This document shows positions 46,201 through 54,203 of a DNA stretch of 64,000 bases, piece by piece. Each line of letters opens with the position of its first letter. Position 1 is the stretch's first letter. The DNA lies in the sequence record KY555145.1. One strand, given 5' to 3'. The notes beneath the pieces were generated by a model that was not told the DNA's origin, made no database searches, and worked only from the letters and a program-made list of their open reading frames with translations. Made by a program: the position numbers and the translations under genes.

Positions 46201-47787
46201 GCCGATATCGGCACGATCTATGTCCTTCAGGTCTACGGCCAGGGCTTCTGGATTTCCGAGGACAACTACGTCCACGCCCTGCCGGACCCGCTGATCGTCA
46301 GCATCACCGCCGCGCCGCAAGCCTCGGCGCGCGGCGACGTCCATATCGTCCAGCCGCTGCCGACCATCGTCGTCACCGCGCCGGTCCCGGTCGCGGCCGG
46401 TAATGCCCTGGCCGACGCCTATACGGGCGATTTCATCATCCTGGTCGCCGCGCCGGTTCCGCAAACGGAACTGAACGCGAACGTCAACGTGGCGATGCCG
46501 CCGCCGATCGTCATCAACGGCAATGACGCGGAAGCCTCGCTTGACGTCACCGTCCCGTTCAGCGACACGGCGGTGTTCATCACCGGCCCCGAGGCTCTGG
46601 GTCTGGGCTTCCACGGGGCGGACCTTGGTCCGCCGATCGTGGTCACGCCGCCGCAGGGCGGTCCGGAGATTTCGGTCGAAATCTTTGTCGATCCCGGCAC
46701 GATCCTGGTGGAGGCCCCGCGCTTCCACTATATCCCGCCGATCACGGTTCTGCCGCCCGAAGGCGTGGCGCTCGACGCCAAGTCGGCCGAGGCCTCCGGT
46801 GATCTCGGCACCATCACCATCGGGGTCCCGACCGGCGGCTACCAAGCCAACGTCGCCATCAACCTGCCGCTGCCGACGATCTTCGTCAACGTCCCGCAGG
46901 TCATGGTCTTCGCCTCGGTCGCCGTCTCGGGCGACATCGGGACGATCACCCTCACCCCGCCGGCCGCCACCCTGACCACCGGCGCGGACGCGGCCTTCAC
47001 CCTGCCCGGCCCGATCGTCGTCACCGCGCCCGAGGCGACGGCGACGGCGGGCACGGCGGCGGCGACCTCCGGCGCCCTGACCACGATCACCCTGACGTCA
47101 ACGCCGGTAGTGGCTCGGCGATCAACCTCGGTGGTTATCCCGACGGCGGTGACGGTTATCGGCCGGCCTTCACGGCGCTCAACTGCGGTGGCGGCGGCTC
47201 GGCGCGTCTGTGGGCGCAAGGCAATCTGGCGGCCGTCGCCGGCGGCGGCGGCGGCGCGGCCTATGGCGGCGGCGGCTATGACTTCCCTGGCGGCGCGGGC
47301 GGCGGCAACCTCGGCGGCCCTGGCGCCTATGACGGCGTCAACGCCACCTTCCCCAATGGCGGCGGCACCCAGATCGCCGGCGGCGTCGGCACGGCCAACG
47401 GCGTCAACGGAACGTCGCTGCAAGGCGGTCACGGCGGCACCGTTTCGGGGATCGCCAACAACGGCTGCGGCGGCGGCGGAGGCTATTACGGCGGCGGCGG
47501 CGGCGGCGCCTACAAATCTGGCGGCGGCGGCTCGGGCTACGTCAACACCGGCCTGCCGGGCTACCGCACGGGCTCGACCACGGGTGGCTCTGGCAACCTG
47601 CCGGCCGGCATGTCCTCGCCCAACTATGTCTCGGGCATCGGCGTCGGCTCGAACGGCAAGGGCGGGGCGTTCACCAACGGCGGCAACGGCCGTATCGTCA
47701 TCTCGGTCATCACCCCGACCCCCGGCAATGCCTCAGGTACGATCGGCACTGTTGACGTCTCGGGCCTGGACAACTTCGGCCTGCTGA
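40234..47787 (+). CDS. giant Gly-rich fibre protein with LamG-like domain, N-terminal part (out of frame after 47096)
   Basis: Five W-G-x-GGG modules, LamG-like FTIEAWFNP..WAHYAVVR..GRIDEFR; last ~230 codons are frameshifted. Confidence 0.75.
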   Translation: MVDIVAGTPVSVSYSGASTTYVAAETGQMTVHLWGGAGAGGYYSNGAGAANKYGGAGGYATLSFLVKQGDILTIEVGQGGQVATGSGTTATAGGAGGWPDGGYGGKSTNAYIGFGGGGGSTRLYRNGELIGVAGGGGGATGLYNGGNGGGVAGLASADANSGAGGTQSAGGTAGTGTLAIQTGLGFQGGRGGTTASTAHAYAGGGGGGGLYGGASNGGGSLGGGSGGGGSGYINQNLLYTGRLQAARADTNGVPFDVAGIRPAGVAEGGTGPTVASTGWGSITPGGDGFAYLSLTSVASATAFPTTGTTTLAYSGARQVYTVTQLSTVDIEMWGAGGGGGFYTTGGASPRYGGAGGYTKFTKVLFPGDVVEIEVGQGGQAPDGVGGNIGGAGGWPNGGDAGRPSANVNAYMGGGGGSTNIYVNGRLLGVASGGGGGTGFLNGGNGGGKWGLADANGASGTAATWARDNSTSTGLARGFLLRGGHGSPNETRDIAHANAGAGGGGGYWGGGGARGSVGGGGGGCGYINGDLTWNRDYQWGTQGTGQPYTGGAYASGVGVGGTCGTSAGTTTNGGDGQIVFTVTAASTTTLPTDKNALTYSGAVQHYDVPSAGVIDLKMWGSGGGSAVRSTGTPARGGGGGCTQVPFIPIKPGDIITFVVGQGGRGAVDANSISPGGWPNGGYSGPSASAGGGGASLCYLNGELVAVAGSGAGAGISNGGFAGGAASCDPGYVNFTSHGGTQTTAGWCPTRVLEGTTYGTYMLGGDGQIDGVAPNNVNVNTGGGGGGGYYGGGGNATNSSRYWGGGGGSGYINPKFAGTITGSTSVNAANNTDPDYVAGVGVAGVGSTTYNNPVTNGGDGRIVFTYDIPPNLVESLTTAVPVDGTVKTYIVGADGDLVLDLWGGGGGAATMLAAGGSERGGGGGYVGGTYPVTAGQVIRFYNGRGGGGGVYTSGTATTLVGTGGPGGWPDGGPGGYYAGAVSPAQNGILAGAGGGSSRVYVDDQLILVAGGGGGGGDGGTTRTPGGGGGLTGGDSDAPSGRNFGATQIRGGYNSNRPTDQTSSGGLLRGGSGFATGASNSTSSASAGGGGGGGLFGGAGSGNSVIFIGGSGGSAFIYDGLTVAKSDPFRAEVIAQMTFESGGVIDDGRLREILPVDTAPTAVTTSPKYGTYCGNYPGSGHTTMSVPAFGLQNFTIEAWFNPPSLSNGVLFAYGNSGVGGFTLHYAGTTLYLRHNGDAATDVTWADTGRTANVWAHYAVVRDMAGTRVYKDGRLVITYVNSIGTSFTATQLTLANYTGASGNSTRFTGRIDEFRATLGAARYVKPFTPASFAATSPAVPTLTSTVQAPQGSSGNAANNTSPNYIAGRGVGAQTRLSAGTAPSGGDGQISYFIATSTISASGPIGTVTVSGLTDAAAGAFYPLPGVGSVVVEPYTGARVNYEVTEPGGARIKVEMWGAGGGGSSANNTLTTNGGGGGGYTVIELDLVQGDRITVQTPSGGAGGVNAGSGSAINLGGYPDGGDGYRPAFTALNCGGGGSARLWAQGNLAAVAGGGGGAAYGGGGYDFPGGAGGGNLGGPGAYDGVNAPFPNGGGTQVAGGAGTANGVNGTSLQGGHGGTVSGIANNGCGGGGGYYGGGGGGAYKSGGGGSGYVNTGLPGYRTGSTTGGSGNLPAGMSSPNYVSGIGVGSNGKGGAFTNGGNGRIVISVITPTPGNASGSIGTVNVSGLNNFGLLIGVPTGPLDTIDVVVPVGVSGQPGFAEGPLTTIGVGPAETIPRAQAIVIVPINDQTSILIEPPINAPLEVPGDGIGELDTILVSPFDSTQTAGVAFDVADLPTIILTAPEGEAVEIPPVLTSGDIGTVVVTTPEATTQIIPPVETSGAIGTITVVTVTGEASWNNNVSASGDIGTITLAAPTADAVGDDLAMGDIGTITVIAPEGVALQDAAVAADIGTISVYPIEGGQPGDAVGDIPYIQVVTPGATVNASSGDDISLYADIGTIYVLQVYGQGFWISEDNYVHALPDPLIVSITAAPQASARGDVHIVQPLPTIVVTAPVPVAAGNALADAYTGDFIILVAAPVPQTELNANVNVAMPPPIVINGNDAEASLDVTVPFSDTAVFITGPEALGLGFHGADLGPPIVVTPPQGGPEISVEIFVDPGTILVEAPRFHYIPPITVLPPEGVALDAKSAEASGDLGTITIGVPTGGYQANVAINLPLPTIFVNVPQVMVFASVAVSGDIGTITLTPPAATLTTGADAAFTLPGPIVVTAPEATATAGTAAATSGALTTITLTSTPVVARRSTSVVIPTAVTVIGRPSRRSTAVAAARRVCGRKAIWRPSPAAAAARPMAAAAMTSLAARAAATSAALAPMTASTPPSPMAAAPRSPAASARPTASTERRCKAVTAAPFRGSPTTAAAAAEAITAAAAAAPTNLAAAARATSTPACRATARARPRVALATCRPACPRPTMSRASASARTARAGRSPTAATAVSSSRSSPRPPAMPQVRSALLTSRAWTTSAC

Positions 47788-49462
47788 TTGGTGTCCCGAC
47801 GGGTGACATCGGGACGATCGATGTCGTCGTTCCGGTGGGGCAGTCGGGCCAGCCGGGCTTTGCCGAAGGTCCGCTGACCACCATTGGCGTGGGTCCGCCG
47901 GAAACGATTCCCCAGGCCCAGGCCGTCGTCATCGTTCCGATCAACGATCAGACCTCGATCCTGATCGAGCCGCCGATCAACGCGCCGCTGGAGGTTCCTG
48001 GCGAGGGCATTTGCGAGCTTCCGACGATCGTCGTCACGGGATTTGAGTCCAGCCTCGAAGCGGGCGCGACCTTCGACGCCACCGATCTCGGGACGATCCT
48101 CCTCGTCGCCCCTGAGGCCGATGCGGTCGAGATTCCGCCGGTCGAAACCAGCGGCGCCATCGGCACGGTCATCGTCACCGCGCCCGAGGCGTCGACCCAG
48201 GTCATTCCGCCGGTCGAAACCAGCGGCGACATCGGCACCATCACCGTTGTGACGGTGACGGGCGCGGCGTCGTGGAACAACGATGTCTCGACCAGCGGCG
48301 ACATCGGCACGATCGTCGTCACCTCGCCGGAGGCCGATGCCGTTGGCGACGATCTGGCCACGGGGGACCTCGGCACGATCATCGTGACCGCGCCCGAAGG
48401 CGTCGCACATCAGGACGCCAATGTTTCGAGTGACATCGGCACCATCTCGGTCTATCCGATCGAGGGTGGCCAGCCTGCCGACGTGGTCGGTGATGTTCCT
48501 TATATTCAGGTCGTCACGCCGGGCGCCACGGTTAGTGCCTCGTCGGGCGACGATATCGCGCTCTATGCCGACATCGGCACGATCTATCTTCTGCAAGTCT
48601 ACGGCCAGGGCTACATCATCTCGGACGACAACTTCGTCCACGCCCTGCCCGACCCGCTGATCATCAGCATCACGGCCGCACCCGAGGCCTCGGCGCGCGG
48701 CGACGTCCACGTCGTCCAGTCGCTGCCGGTCATTAACGTCGACCCGCCGGTCCCGCTGTCGACGGGCGAGGGTTTTGTTGACGGTTACACGGGCGACTTC
48801 ATCATCCTGGTCGACCCGCCGGTTCCGCTGACGGAACTGAACGCGAACGTCAACGTGGCGATGCCGCCGCCGATCGTCATCAATGGCAATGACGCGGAAA
48901 CCTCGCTCGACGTCACGATCCCGTTCAGCGATACGGCGGTGTTCGTCTCCGGTCCCGAGGCCCTGGGCCTGGGCTTCCATGGCGGCGAGATGGGGCCGCC
49001 GATCCTGGTCACGCCGCCGGAAGGCGGGCCTGAGATTTCGGTCGAAATCTTTGTTGACCCCGGCACGATCCTGGTGGAGGCCCCGCGCTTCCACTACATC
49101 CCGCCGATCACGGTGCTCCCGCCTGAAGGGGTGGCGCTGGACGCGCACTCGGCCGAGGCCTCCGGCGATCTGGGCACCATCACCATCGGGGTCCCGACTG
49201 GCGGCTATCAAGCCAACGTCGCCATCAACCTGCCGCTGCCGACGATCTTCGTCAATGTCCCGCAGGTCGTGGTCTTCGCCTCGGTCGCCGTCTCAGGTGA
49301 CGTCGGGACCATCACGCTCACGCCGCCTGACGCCACGCTGACGGCGGGCGTCGATGCGTCGTTCGCCCTGCCCGGCCCGATTGTCGTCTCGACGCCCGAA
49401 GCCACGGCGACGGCGGGCTCCTCGGCGGCGACGTCCGGCGCCCTGGGCACGATCACGATCAC
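44731..49462 (+). repeat. 2366-bp tandem duplication of diverged alleles inside the fibre gene
   Basis: Offset 2366 at 44731/47097, 45244/47610 and 47074/49440. Confidence 0.92.
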
Positions 49463-50993
49463 GCCGCCCGAGGGCTTGGTCTCGACCGGCACGGCAGCGG
49501 CGACCTCGGGCGCGATCGGCACGATCGTCGTGTCGCCGTTCGACGGCAGCGTCTTCATCTCCTATCCGGGCAACGCGTCGGGCGCGATCGGCACGATCAT
49601 CGTCACCCCGCCGGCGGTGAGCCTCACCCACGGGCACGACCTGTCGATCGCCCTGCCCGGCCCGATTATCATCACCGCGCCTGAGGCTCAACCGCAGGCG
49701 GGCGCGACGGTCTCGGGTGATATCGGCACGATCATCGTCACCCCGCTCGACGGGCATGCCACCGGCGATACCGTCCTGGCTTCGGGGGATATCGGCACGA
49801 TCGTCGTCTCCACCCCGGACGGCGAGGCGACGGGACGTGGTCTGGGCTCGGGTGCGATCGGCACGATCGTCATCACCCCGCCGGCCGCGACCCTGACGGC
49901 GGAGGCCAACAAGGCGGTCGCCCTGCCCGGCCCGATCATCGTCACCCCGCCGACCGGCGTGGGTCAGGTCCCCGCTGCGGCGGCGGGTGATCTGGCGACG
50001 ATCACGATCACCAGCGTCCCCGAGGCGACGCTGTCGATCGGCCAGGACATCTCGGGCCAGATCGGAACCATCACGGTCACCCCGCCTGAGGCGTTCCCGC
50101 AAGGCTCGGTGTTCGTCGATCCGACCGACGAGATGGTCGTGCAGCTTCTGCCGCCGCAGGCCATCCTCTTCCAGGAAGCCACGGTCATCGTCGGCTTCCC
50201 GACGGTCTACCTGATCGCGCCCGAGGCCATCACCTATTCGCTGGCCGAGTTCGCCTCGATCACCTTGCTGCCGCCGGACGCCTATGTCGACGTTCCGCTG
50301 CCGCTGGGCAAGAACCGCATCCGCTATCGCCGCAACAACACCGCCGGGCTCGCTCCGACCAGCCTGCGGCCCAACGAAATCGCGCTGAACGAGACCGACG
50401 GCCTGCTGTTCACGCGTGACGGGTCCGGCGCGGTCAAGGCCACGCCGCTGGGCTTCCTGACTGGCGCAGGCGTGCCGCCGCCGGTCACCGACAACGGCAA
50501 GGTCCTGTCGGGCGGCCTGTCGTGGGAAACGCCCAACACCCGCTATCTCCTGCCGGTGCGCAACGCGCCGCCGGCTGGTACGCGCATCGCCCTGGGCGAG
50601 GGCGTCGTGGGGGTCTCGACCTTCACCCCGACGGTCGACGTCGTCTATACGCGGCCGTTCTTCGTGGCCAAGACCATCGACATCCAGGCGCTGTCGGTCG
50701 ACGTCGTCACCGCCGCCGCCGCCACCGCCGAACTTGGGCTGATCGGCTGGTCCCTGGCCGGCGCGCCCGGCGCGACCCTGGCTCTGGGCACGGTCAGCAC
50801 GGCGACCACGGGGATCAAGACCGCGACCGGCACGGCCGTGACCTTGACGCCGGGCTGGTATGCCTCCACCTTCAAGGTCACCGGCGCGGCGGGGGCGGCG
50901 TTCCGGGCTCCGACCGCACCGACGGCGATCGCGCCGGACTTCACCGTGACGCCGGGCGCCCCGGCGCCGGTCATGGCTGACCTGGAGGCCTAA
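47610..50993 (+). CDS. giant fibre protein, C-terminal part (frame open from 47097)
   Basis: Second allele continues into SGDIGTITV repeats and the C-terminal domain. Confidence 0.7.
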   Translation: MSSPNYVSGIGVGSNGKGGAFTNGGNGRIVISVITPTPGNASGTIGTVDVSGLDNFGLLIGVPTGDIGTIDVVVPVGQSGQPGFAEGPLTTIGVGPPETIPQAQAVVIVPINDQTSILIEPPINAPLEVPGEGICELPTIVVTGFESSLEAGATFDATDLGTILLVAPEADAVEIPPVETSGAIGTVIVTAPEASTQVIPPVETSGDIGTITVVTVTGAASWNNDVSTSGDIGTIVVTSPEADAVGDDLATGDLGTIIVTAPEGVAHQDANVSSDIGTISVYPIEGGQPADVVGDVPYIQVVTPGATVSASSGDDIALYADIGTIYLLQVYGQGYIISDDNFVHALPDPLIISITAAPEASARGDVHVVQSLPVINVDPPVPLSTGEGFVDGYTGDFIILVDPPVPLTELNANVNVAMPPPIVINGNDAETSLDVTIPFSDTAVFVSGPEALGLGFHGGEMGPPILVTPPEGGPEISVEIFVDPGTILVEAPRFHYIPPITVLPPEGVALDAHSAEASGDLGTITIGVPTGGYQANVAINLPLPTIFVNVPQVVVFASVAVSGDVGTITLTPPDATLTAGVDASFALPGPIVVSTPEATATAGSSAATSGALGTITITPPEGLVSTGTAAATSGAIGTIVVSPFDGSVFISYPGNASGAIGTIIVTPPAVSLTHGHDLSIALPGPIIITAPEAQPQAGATVSGDIGTIIVTPLDGHATGDTVLASGDIGTIVVSTPDGEATGRGLGSGAIGTIVITPPAATLTAEANKAVALPGPIIVTPPTGVGQVPAAAAGDLATITITSVPEATLSIGQDISGQIGTITVTPPEAFPQGSVFVDPTDEMVVQLLPPQAILFQEATVIVGFPTVYLIAPEAITYSLAEFASITLLPPDAYVDVPLPLGKNRIRYRRNNTAGLAPTSLRPNEIALNETDGLLFTRDGSGAVKATPLGFLTGAGVPPPVTDNGKVLSGGLSWETPNTRYLLPVRNAPPAGTRIALGEGVVGVSTFTPTVDVVYTRPFFVAKTIDIQALSVDVVTAAAATAELGLIGWSLAGAPGATLALGTVSTATTGIKTATGTAVTLTPGWYASTFKVTGAAGAAFRAPTAPTAIAPDFTVTPGAPAPVMADLEA

Positions 50994-50996
50994 GAC

Positions 50997-51665
50997 ATGC
51001 CGACCAACATCAACATGCCGCCGGACTCCACCCTGCTGGCGGACATCCTGCTCAATGGTGGGGCGGGCGCGCCGGCGGACCTGGAGGACGGCGAACTCTA
51101 CATCGACGAGGCGGGCCGCACGCTCTATGTCGAGACCGTGGTCGGCGTCCAGCCTATCCCACTCGACGTCGGCTATGTCCCGCGCCGCCCCAGCGGCACG
51201 CCGCTCGACTACGTGGTCAACAAGACCGAGACGGGCGCCGAGTGGGGGCCGCTGGACGGCGGCGCGGGCGGCTCGCCGTTCGATGCGGCCGAGTTCCGCG
51301 TCCCCGGTCTGGCTCCCACGGGCCTGGACACGGTCGTCATGCCCGGCGCGTCCGGTGGGCTGGGATTGTTCGAGATGCCGATCCAGGACGTGCTCCTGAG
51401 CATCCGCGTACACGCTTCGGCCGGCGCGGGGTCCGTCACCGTCGCGCTCTACCCGTTCAACGGCTCGCTGGGCTCGTTGATCTTCAGCCAGACCCTGACG
51501 TTCGCCGCGCCCGAAGCCCAGGTCGTGCCTGTGTCCGTGCCTCTCCCTCCCGGAATCTACGCCTGGGTCTGGACCGGGACCGATGGGCTGACCCTCGACG
51601 CGGTCAAGGGATCGTTGCCCTGGGCGACGCGCGAGCAAGTCCATCCCGTGGCGATGAAGTTCTAA
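50997..51665 (+). CDS. fibre-associated protein
   Basis: GGAGG RBS; DGELYIDE..LY motif. Confidence 0.7.
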   Translation: MPTNINMPPDSTLLADILLNGGAGAPADLEDGELYIDEAGRTLYVETVVGVQPIPLDVGYVPRRPSGTPLDYVVNKTETGAEWGPLDGGAGGSPFDAAEFRVPGLAPTGLDTVVMPGASGGLGLFEMPIQDVLLSIRVHASAGAGSVTVALYPFNGSLGSLIFSQTLTFAAPEAQVVPVSVPLPPGIYAWVWTGTDGLTLDAVKGSLPWATREQVHPVAMKF

Positions 51666-51667
51666 AG

Positions 51668-52444
51668 ATGGCCATCCAGAACCCCCATTCCACGACGCCG
51701 GGCGTGATGCCGCACCTGACTCCCGGAGAGGTCGGCGTCAACAAGGCCGACGACATTCTCTGGTTCCGCTCCCAGGGCCGGCGCGTGCCGATCATCCTGA
51801 GCGACCTCACCCGCGCCCCGCCGGCGGACGGCTATGTGGGCGCGCCCCTGGCCCTGGAGGGCGGCGCGCCGGTCTGGAACGTCAAGCTCTTGCCGTCCTC
51901 GATTGTCGCCGGCGCGGTCAAGGTCGACCTGCCGCCCGCCGCCGGCCTGCACGCCATGCCCAGCGTCCTGCTCCAAGGCCTGGGAACCGACCGCGTCCTG
52001 GCGGCCAACGACCTGGACCTCACCCCCTTCTATGTCCGCTCCGACTCCATCACCCTGACCCATCTGGCCTTCAGCGTGCGCTCGGCGGGCGCGCCGGCCA
52101 TGCGCGTGGGGATCGTCGATAGCTTCGGCGTCGTCCAGGCCGACATCCTGGTCGCCGCGCCGGTCGTGGGGGCCAATGTCGTGGCGCTCTCGCCGGTCCT
52201 GACCCTCCAGCGCGGCGTCTACCGCACCATCCTGGCGACGACCGGAGCGGTGACCGTGGGGATCGCCACGGGCGCGCGCATGGAACAGGGCTGGGACATC
52301 ATCGCCGACGCCCCGTCGTTCATCCACGGCTACAGCGGCAGCAAGAACACCGCTGGCGGCATCGGGAGCCTGCCGGCGCTGACCCCGCGCCGCGACCCCG
52401 CGCCGGGCCAGGATCACGCCGTCCTCCTGCGCTGGACGGCGTGA
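51668..52444 (+). CDS. fibre-associated protein
   Basis: PGEVGVNKADDILWF motif, paralogous C-domain. Confidence 0.7.
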   Translation: MAIQNPHSTTPGVMPHLTPGEVGVNKADDILWFRSQGRRVPIILSDLTRAPPADGYVGAPLALEGGAPVWNVKLLPSSIVAGAVKVDLPPAAGLHAMPSVLLQGLGTDRVLAANDLDLTPFYVRSDSITLTHLAFSVRSAGAPAMRVGIVDSFGVVQADILVAAPVVGANVVALSPVLTLQRGVYRTILATTGAVTVGIATGARMEQGWDIIADAPSFIHGYSGSKNTAGGIGSLPALTPRRDPAPGQDHAVLLRWTA

Positions 52445-52453
52445 ATCTTGACA
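52439..52453 (+). promoter_or_regulatory. late promoter motif
   Basis: GCGTGAATCTTGACA, TTAACC downstream. Confidence 0.7.
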
Positions 52454-52506
52454 CTCGGTCGAAATACGGTTAACCTGCGCGCTCATCTGGAGTTTCGAGC
52501 GCCAAC

Positions 52507-52773
52507 ATGGCCGAGCTTGTCCGCATCTATCACCCCGAGACGAACGAGCCGTTCGACGTGATTCCGTCGACCGCCGAACGTCTGCGCCTGGGTCAAGGTC
52601 TGGACGGTCTGGTGTGGCTCTCGCAGCCCTTCTCCCGCGCCGCTGCCGAAGAGCCGGCGCCGGAAGCCCCCAAGGGGCGAGGTCGTAAGCGCGTCGCCGC
52701 GCCCGTCTCGGACGAAGCCGAAGACGATGGCTGGCGTGACGCGCCGACCGAGGACGCTTCCGAAGCCGCGTAA
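52507..52773 (+). CDS. hypothetical protein
   Basis: 88 aa. Confidence 0.7.
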   Translation: MAELVRIYHPETNEPFDVIPSTAERLRLGQGLDGLVWLSQPFSRAAAEEPAPEAPKGRGRKRVAAPVSDEAEDDGWRDAPTEDASEAA

Positions 52774-52817
52774 GGCGCTTCCCCGTCCACTCTGCTGAAA
52801 TTCGGTCTCAGTCCCAT

Positions 52818-52893
52818 GTCGGTCTAGCTCATGGGGTAGAGCGGCGGTCTCCAAAACCGCGCGTGGCAGGTTCGAGTCCTGCGACCGGCGCCA
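52818..52893 (+). tRNA. tRNA-Trp(CCA)
   Basis: Cloverleaf, loop CT-CCA-AA, CCA end. Confidence 0.9.
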
Positions 52894-52898
52894 TTTCC

Positions 52899-52973
52899 GC
52901 GTCCATCGTATATGGGTTATTGCTTCGCGTTGCCAACGCGACGAACCGGGTTCGAGTCCCGGTGGACGCTCCA
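52899..52973 (+). tRNA. tRNA-Gly(GCC)
   Basis: Loop TT-GCC-AA, CCA end. Confidence 0.9.
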
Positions 52974-52979
52974 ATTCAT

Positions 52980-53053
52980 GCGGGTATAGCTCAAAGGGAG
53001 AGCTACTGCCTTCCAAGCAGAAGATGCGGGTTCGAGCCCCGCTATCCGCTCCA
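52980..53053 (+). tRNA. tRNA-Gly(TCC)
   Basis: Loop CT-TCC-AA, CCA end. Confidence 0.9.
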
Positions 53054-53074
53054 AATTTTTCTTCCACGACAAGC

Positions 53075-53103
53075 TTGACAGCCGTCGAGTTTTGTGAGAG
53101 CCT
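53075..53103 (+). promoter_or_regulatory. sigma70-type promoter, tRNA operon 1
   Basis: AAATTTTT UP tract, TTGACA, TTGTGAGAGCCT. Confidence 0.65.
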
Positions 53104-53112
53104 TCAACCACT

Positions 53113-53175
53113 ATGACGCACCTCCTGACCCGTTACGAACGCGAGGCCACCGGCCTCGATACCACCACCGCCTAA
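53113..53175 (+). CDS. leader peptide 1 (20 aa)
   Basis: MTHLLTRYEREATGLDTTTA overlapping the terminator hairpin. Confidence 0.6.
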   Translation: MTHLLTRYEREATGLDTTTA

Positions 53176-53202
53176 AAGCGGTTCTGGTAACCGAGGCCTT
53201 TT
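53152..53202 (+). terminator. attenuator terminator 1
   Basis: GGCCTCG/CGAGGCC outer stem, ACCA/TGGT and ACCGC/GCGGT inner stems, TTTT. Confidence 0.6.
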
Positions 53203-53209
53203 GTCATGT

Positions 53210-53287
53210 GGCCCGGTCGTCTAGCGGTTTGCAGGATTCGTGACTTTCAATCACGAGAGCGGAGTTCGAGTCTCCGTCGGGCCTCCA
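53210..53287 (+). tRNA. tRNA-Glu(TTC)
   Basis: Loop CT-TTC-AA, CCA end. Confidence 0.9.
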
Positions 53288-53308
53288 CCCAAAGTCTCCT
53301 CTGAGCTT

Positions 53309-53383
53309 GGTGCGTTCGTATATCGGTCAATACTCCGGATTGTCGATCCGGCAAGAGGGGTTCGATTCCCCTACGCACCGCCA
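53309..53383 (+). tRNA. tRNA-Asp(GTC)
   Basis: Loop TT-GTC-GA, CCA end. Confidence 0.9.
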
Positions 53384-53395
53384 GGGCTCCTCCCT

Positions 53396-53554
53396 ATGCC
53401 TCTTCAGTCGGGTTCGAGCGACGCCGTCGTCTCGCACAACATCGCCAAGCTGATCGACGAAGGCTACTCCAAGGAGCAGGCCGTGGCGATCGCCCTGTCC
53501 CAGGCGCGCAAGCCGCGCCGTCCGAAGGTCTCGCGCGGCTCACGCCGGCGCTGA
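53396..53554 (+). CDS. small basic protein (52 aa)
   Basis: [31 protein letters not shown], recalled phage family. Confidence 0.7.
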   Translation: MPLQSGSSDAVVSHNIAKLIDEGYSKEQAVAIALSQARKPRRPKVSRGSRRR

Positions 53555-53623
53555 CCTCGCCTCGCTAAAGCACCCCAGTTCCCGGCCTCGTCGTGAGGCC
53601 GCCTGCGGTCGCGCGAGGCTTCC

Positions 53624-53848
53624 ATGACCTTTCTTGATCTTCGTTCGCAGTCGAGCGCCGCGCTCCTGCGCCATGTGTCTTCCCGATCCCCGATGGCGGA
53701 AGCGGCTCGCACCGAGTTGCTGACCCGAGGCCTCGTCCCGCTCCTCACGCGGCACAACGGCTGGCGCCTCGCCCCGAGCGAGCCCTTTCCGCAGCATCTC
53801 ATCCCGCGCCCCGATCCGCTCGCGAGGTTCACGTGGCGGGCGGGATGA
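53624..53848 (+). CDS. hypothetical protein
   Basis: GAGG RBS, 74 aa. Confidence 0.55.
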   Translation: MTFLDLRSQSSAALLRHVSSRSPMAEAARTELLTRGLVPLLTRHNGWRLAPSEPFPQHLIPRPDPLARFTWRAG

Positions 53849-53868
53849 AGATTTTTCTCACGACATGC

Positions 53869-53897
53869 TTGACATCCGTCTGAAGTTGTGAGAGCCT
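53869..53897 (+). promoter_or_regulatory. sigma70-type promoter, tRNA operon 2
   Basis: TTGACA ... TTGTGAGAGCCT, same design as 53075. Confidence 0.65.
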
Positions 53898-53991
53898 GTC
53901 CAACGTCACGGGTCACGACACTCCTCGTAGTGCAAAAGCGCGATCCTTCGTTATTCCCAGGCCGCCAGCGGGCGGCCGTTCGAGAGTCATC

Positions 53992-54138
53992 ATGTTCGCC
54001 TTGTCGCATAACAGCCTGAGCCTGAAAGCCGCCTCTCCGGCGACGCTTTCGCTTGCGCTGTCTCCGACGGCCGCGACGGCCGCGACGCCCTCGACCAAGC
54101 CGACCCACTCGGCCTCGCACTCGACGGATCACCTCTAG
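53992..54138 (+). CDS. leader peptide 2 (48 aa)
   Basis: MFALSHNSLSLKAASPATLSLALSPTAATAATPSTKPTHSASHSTDHL. Confidence 0.65.
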   Translation: MFALSHNSLSLKAASPATLSLALSPTAATAATPSTKPTHSASHSTDHL

Positions 54139-54203
54139 GGTATCTCGTCTCAGGTGCAGGCCTTGGAGCCGCACCCGCTACCAACATCCTGTTGACCTAG
54201 CGC

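Noticed and set aside
47085-47110. Programmed frameshift restoring the fibre reading frame
   Set aside because: No XXXYYYZ slippery site at the junction.
44731-49462. Possible diversity-generating retroelement TR/VR pair
   Set aside because: Differences are mostly synonymous and not adenine-specific, the unit is far too long, and no reverse transcriptase is in the window.
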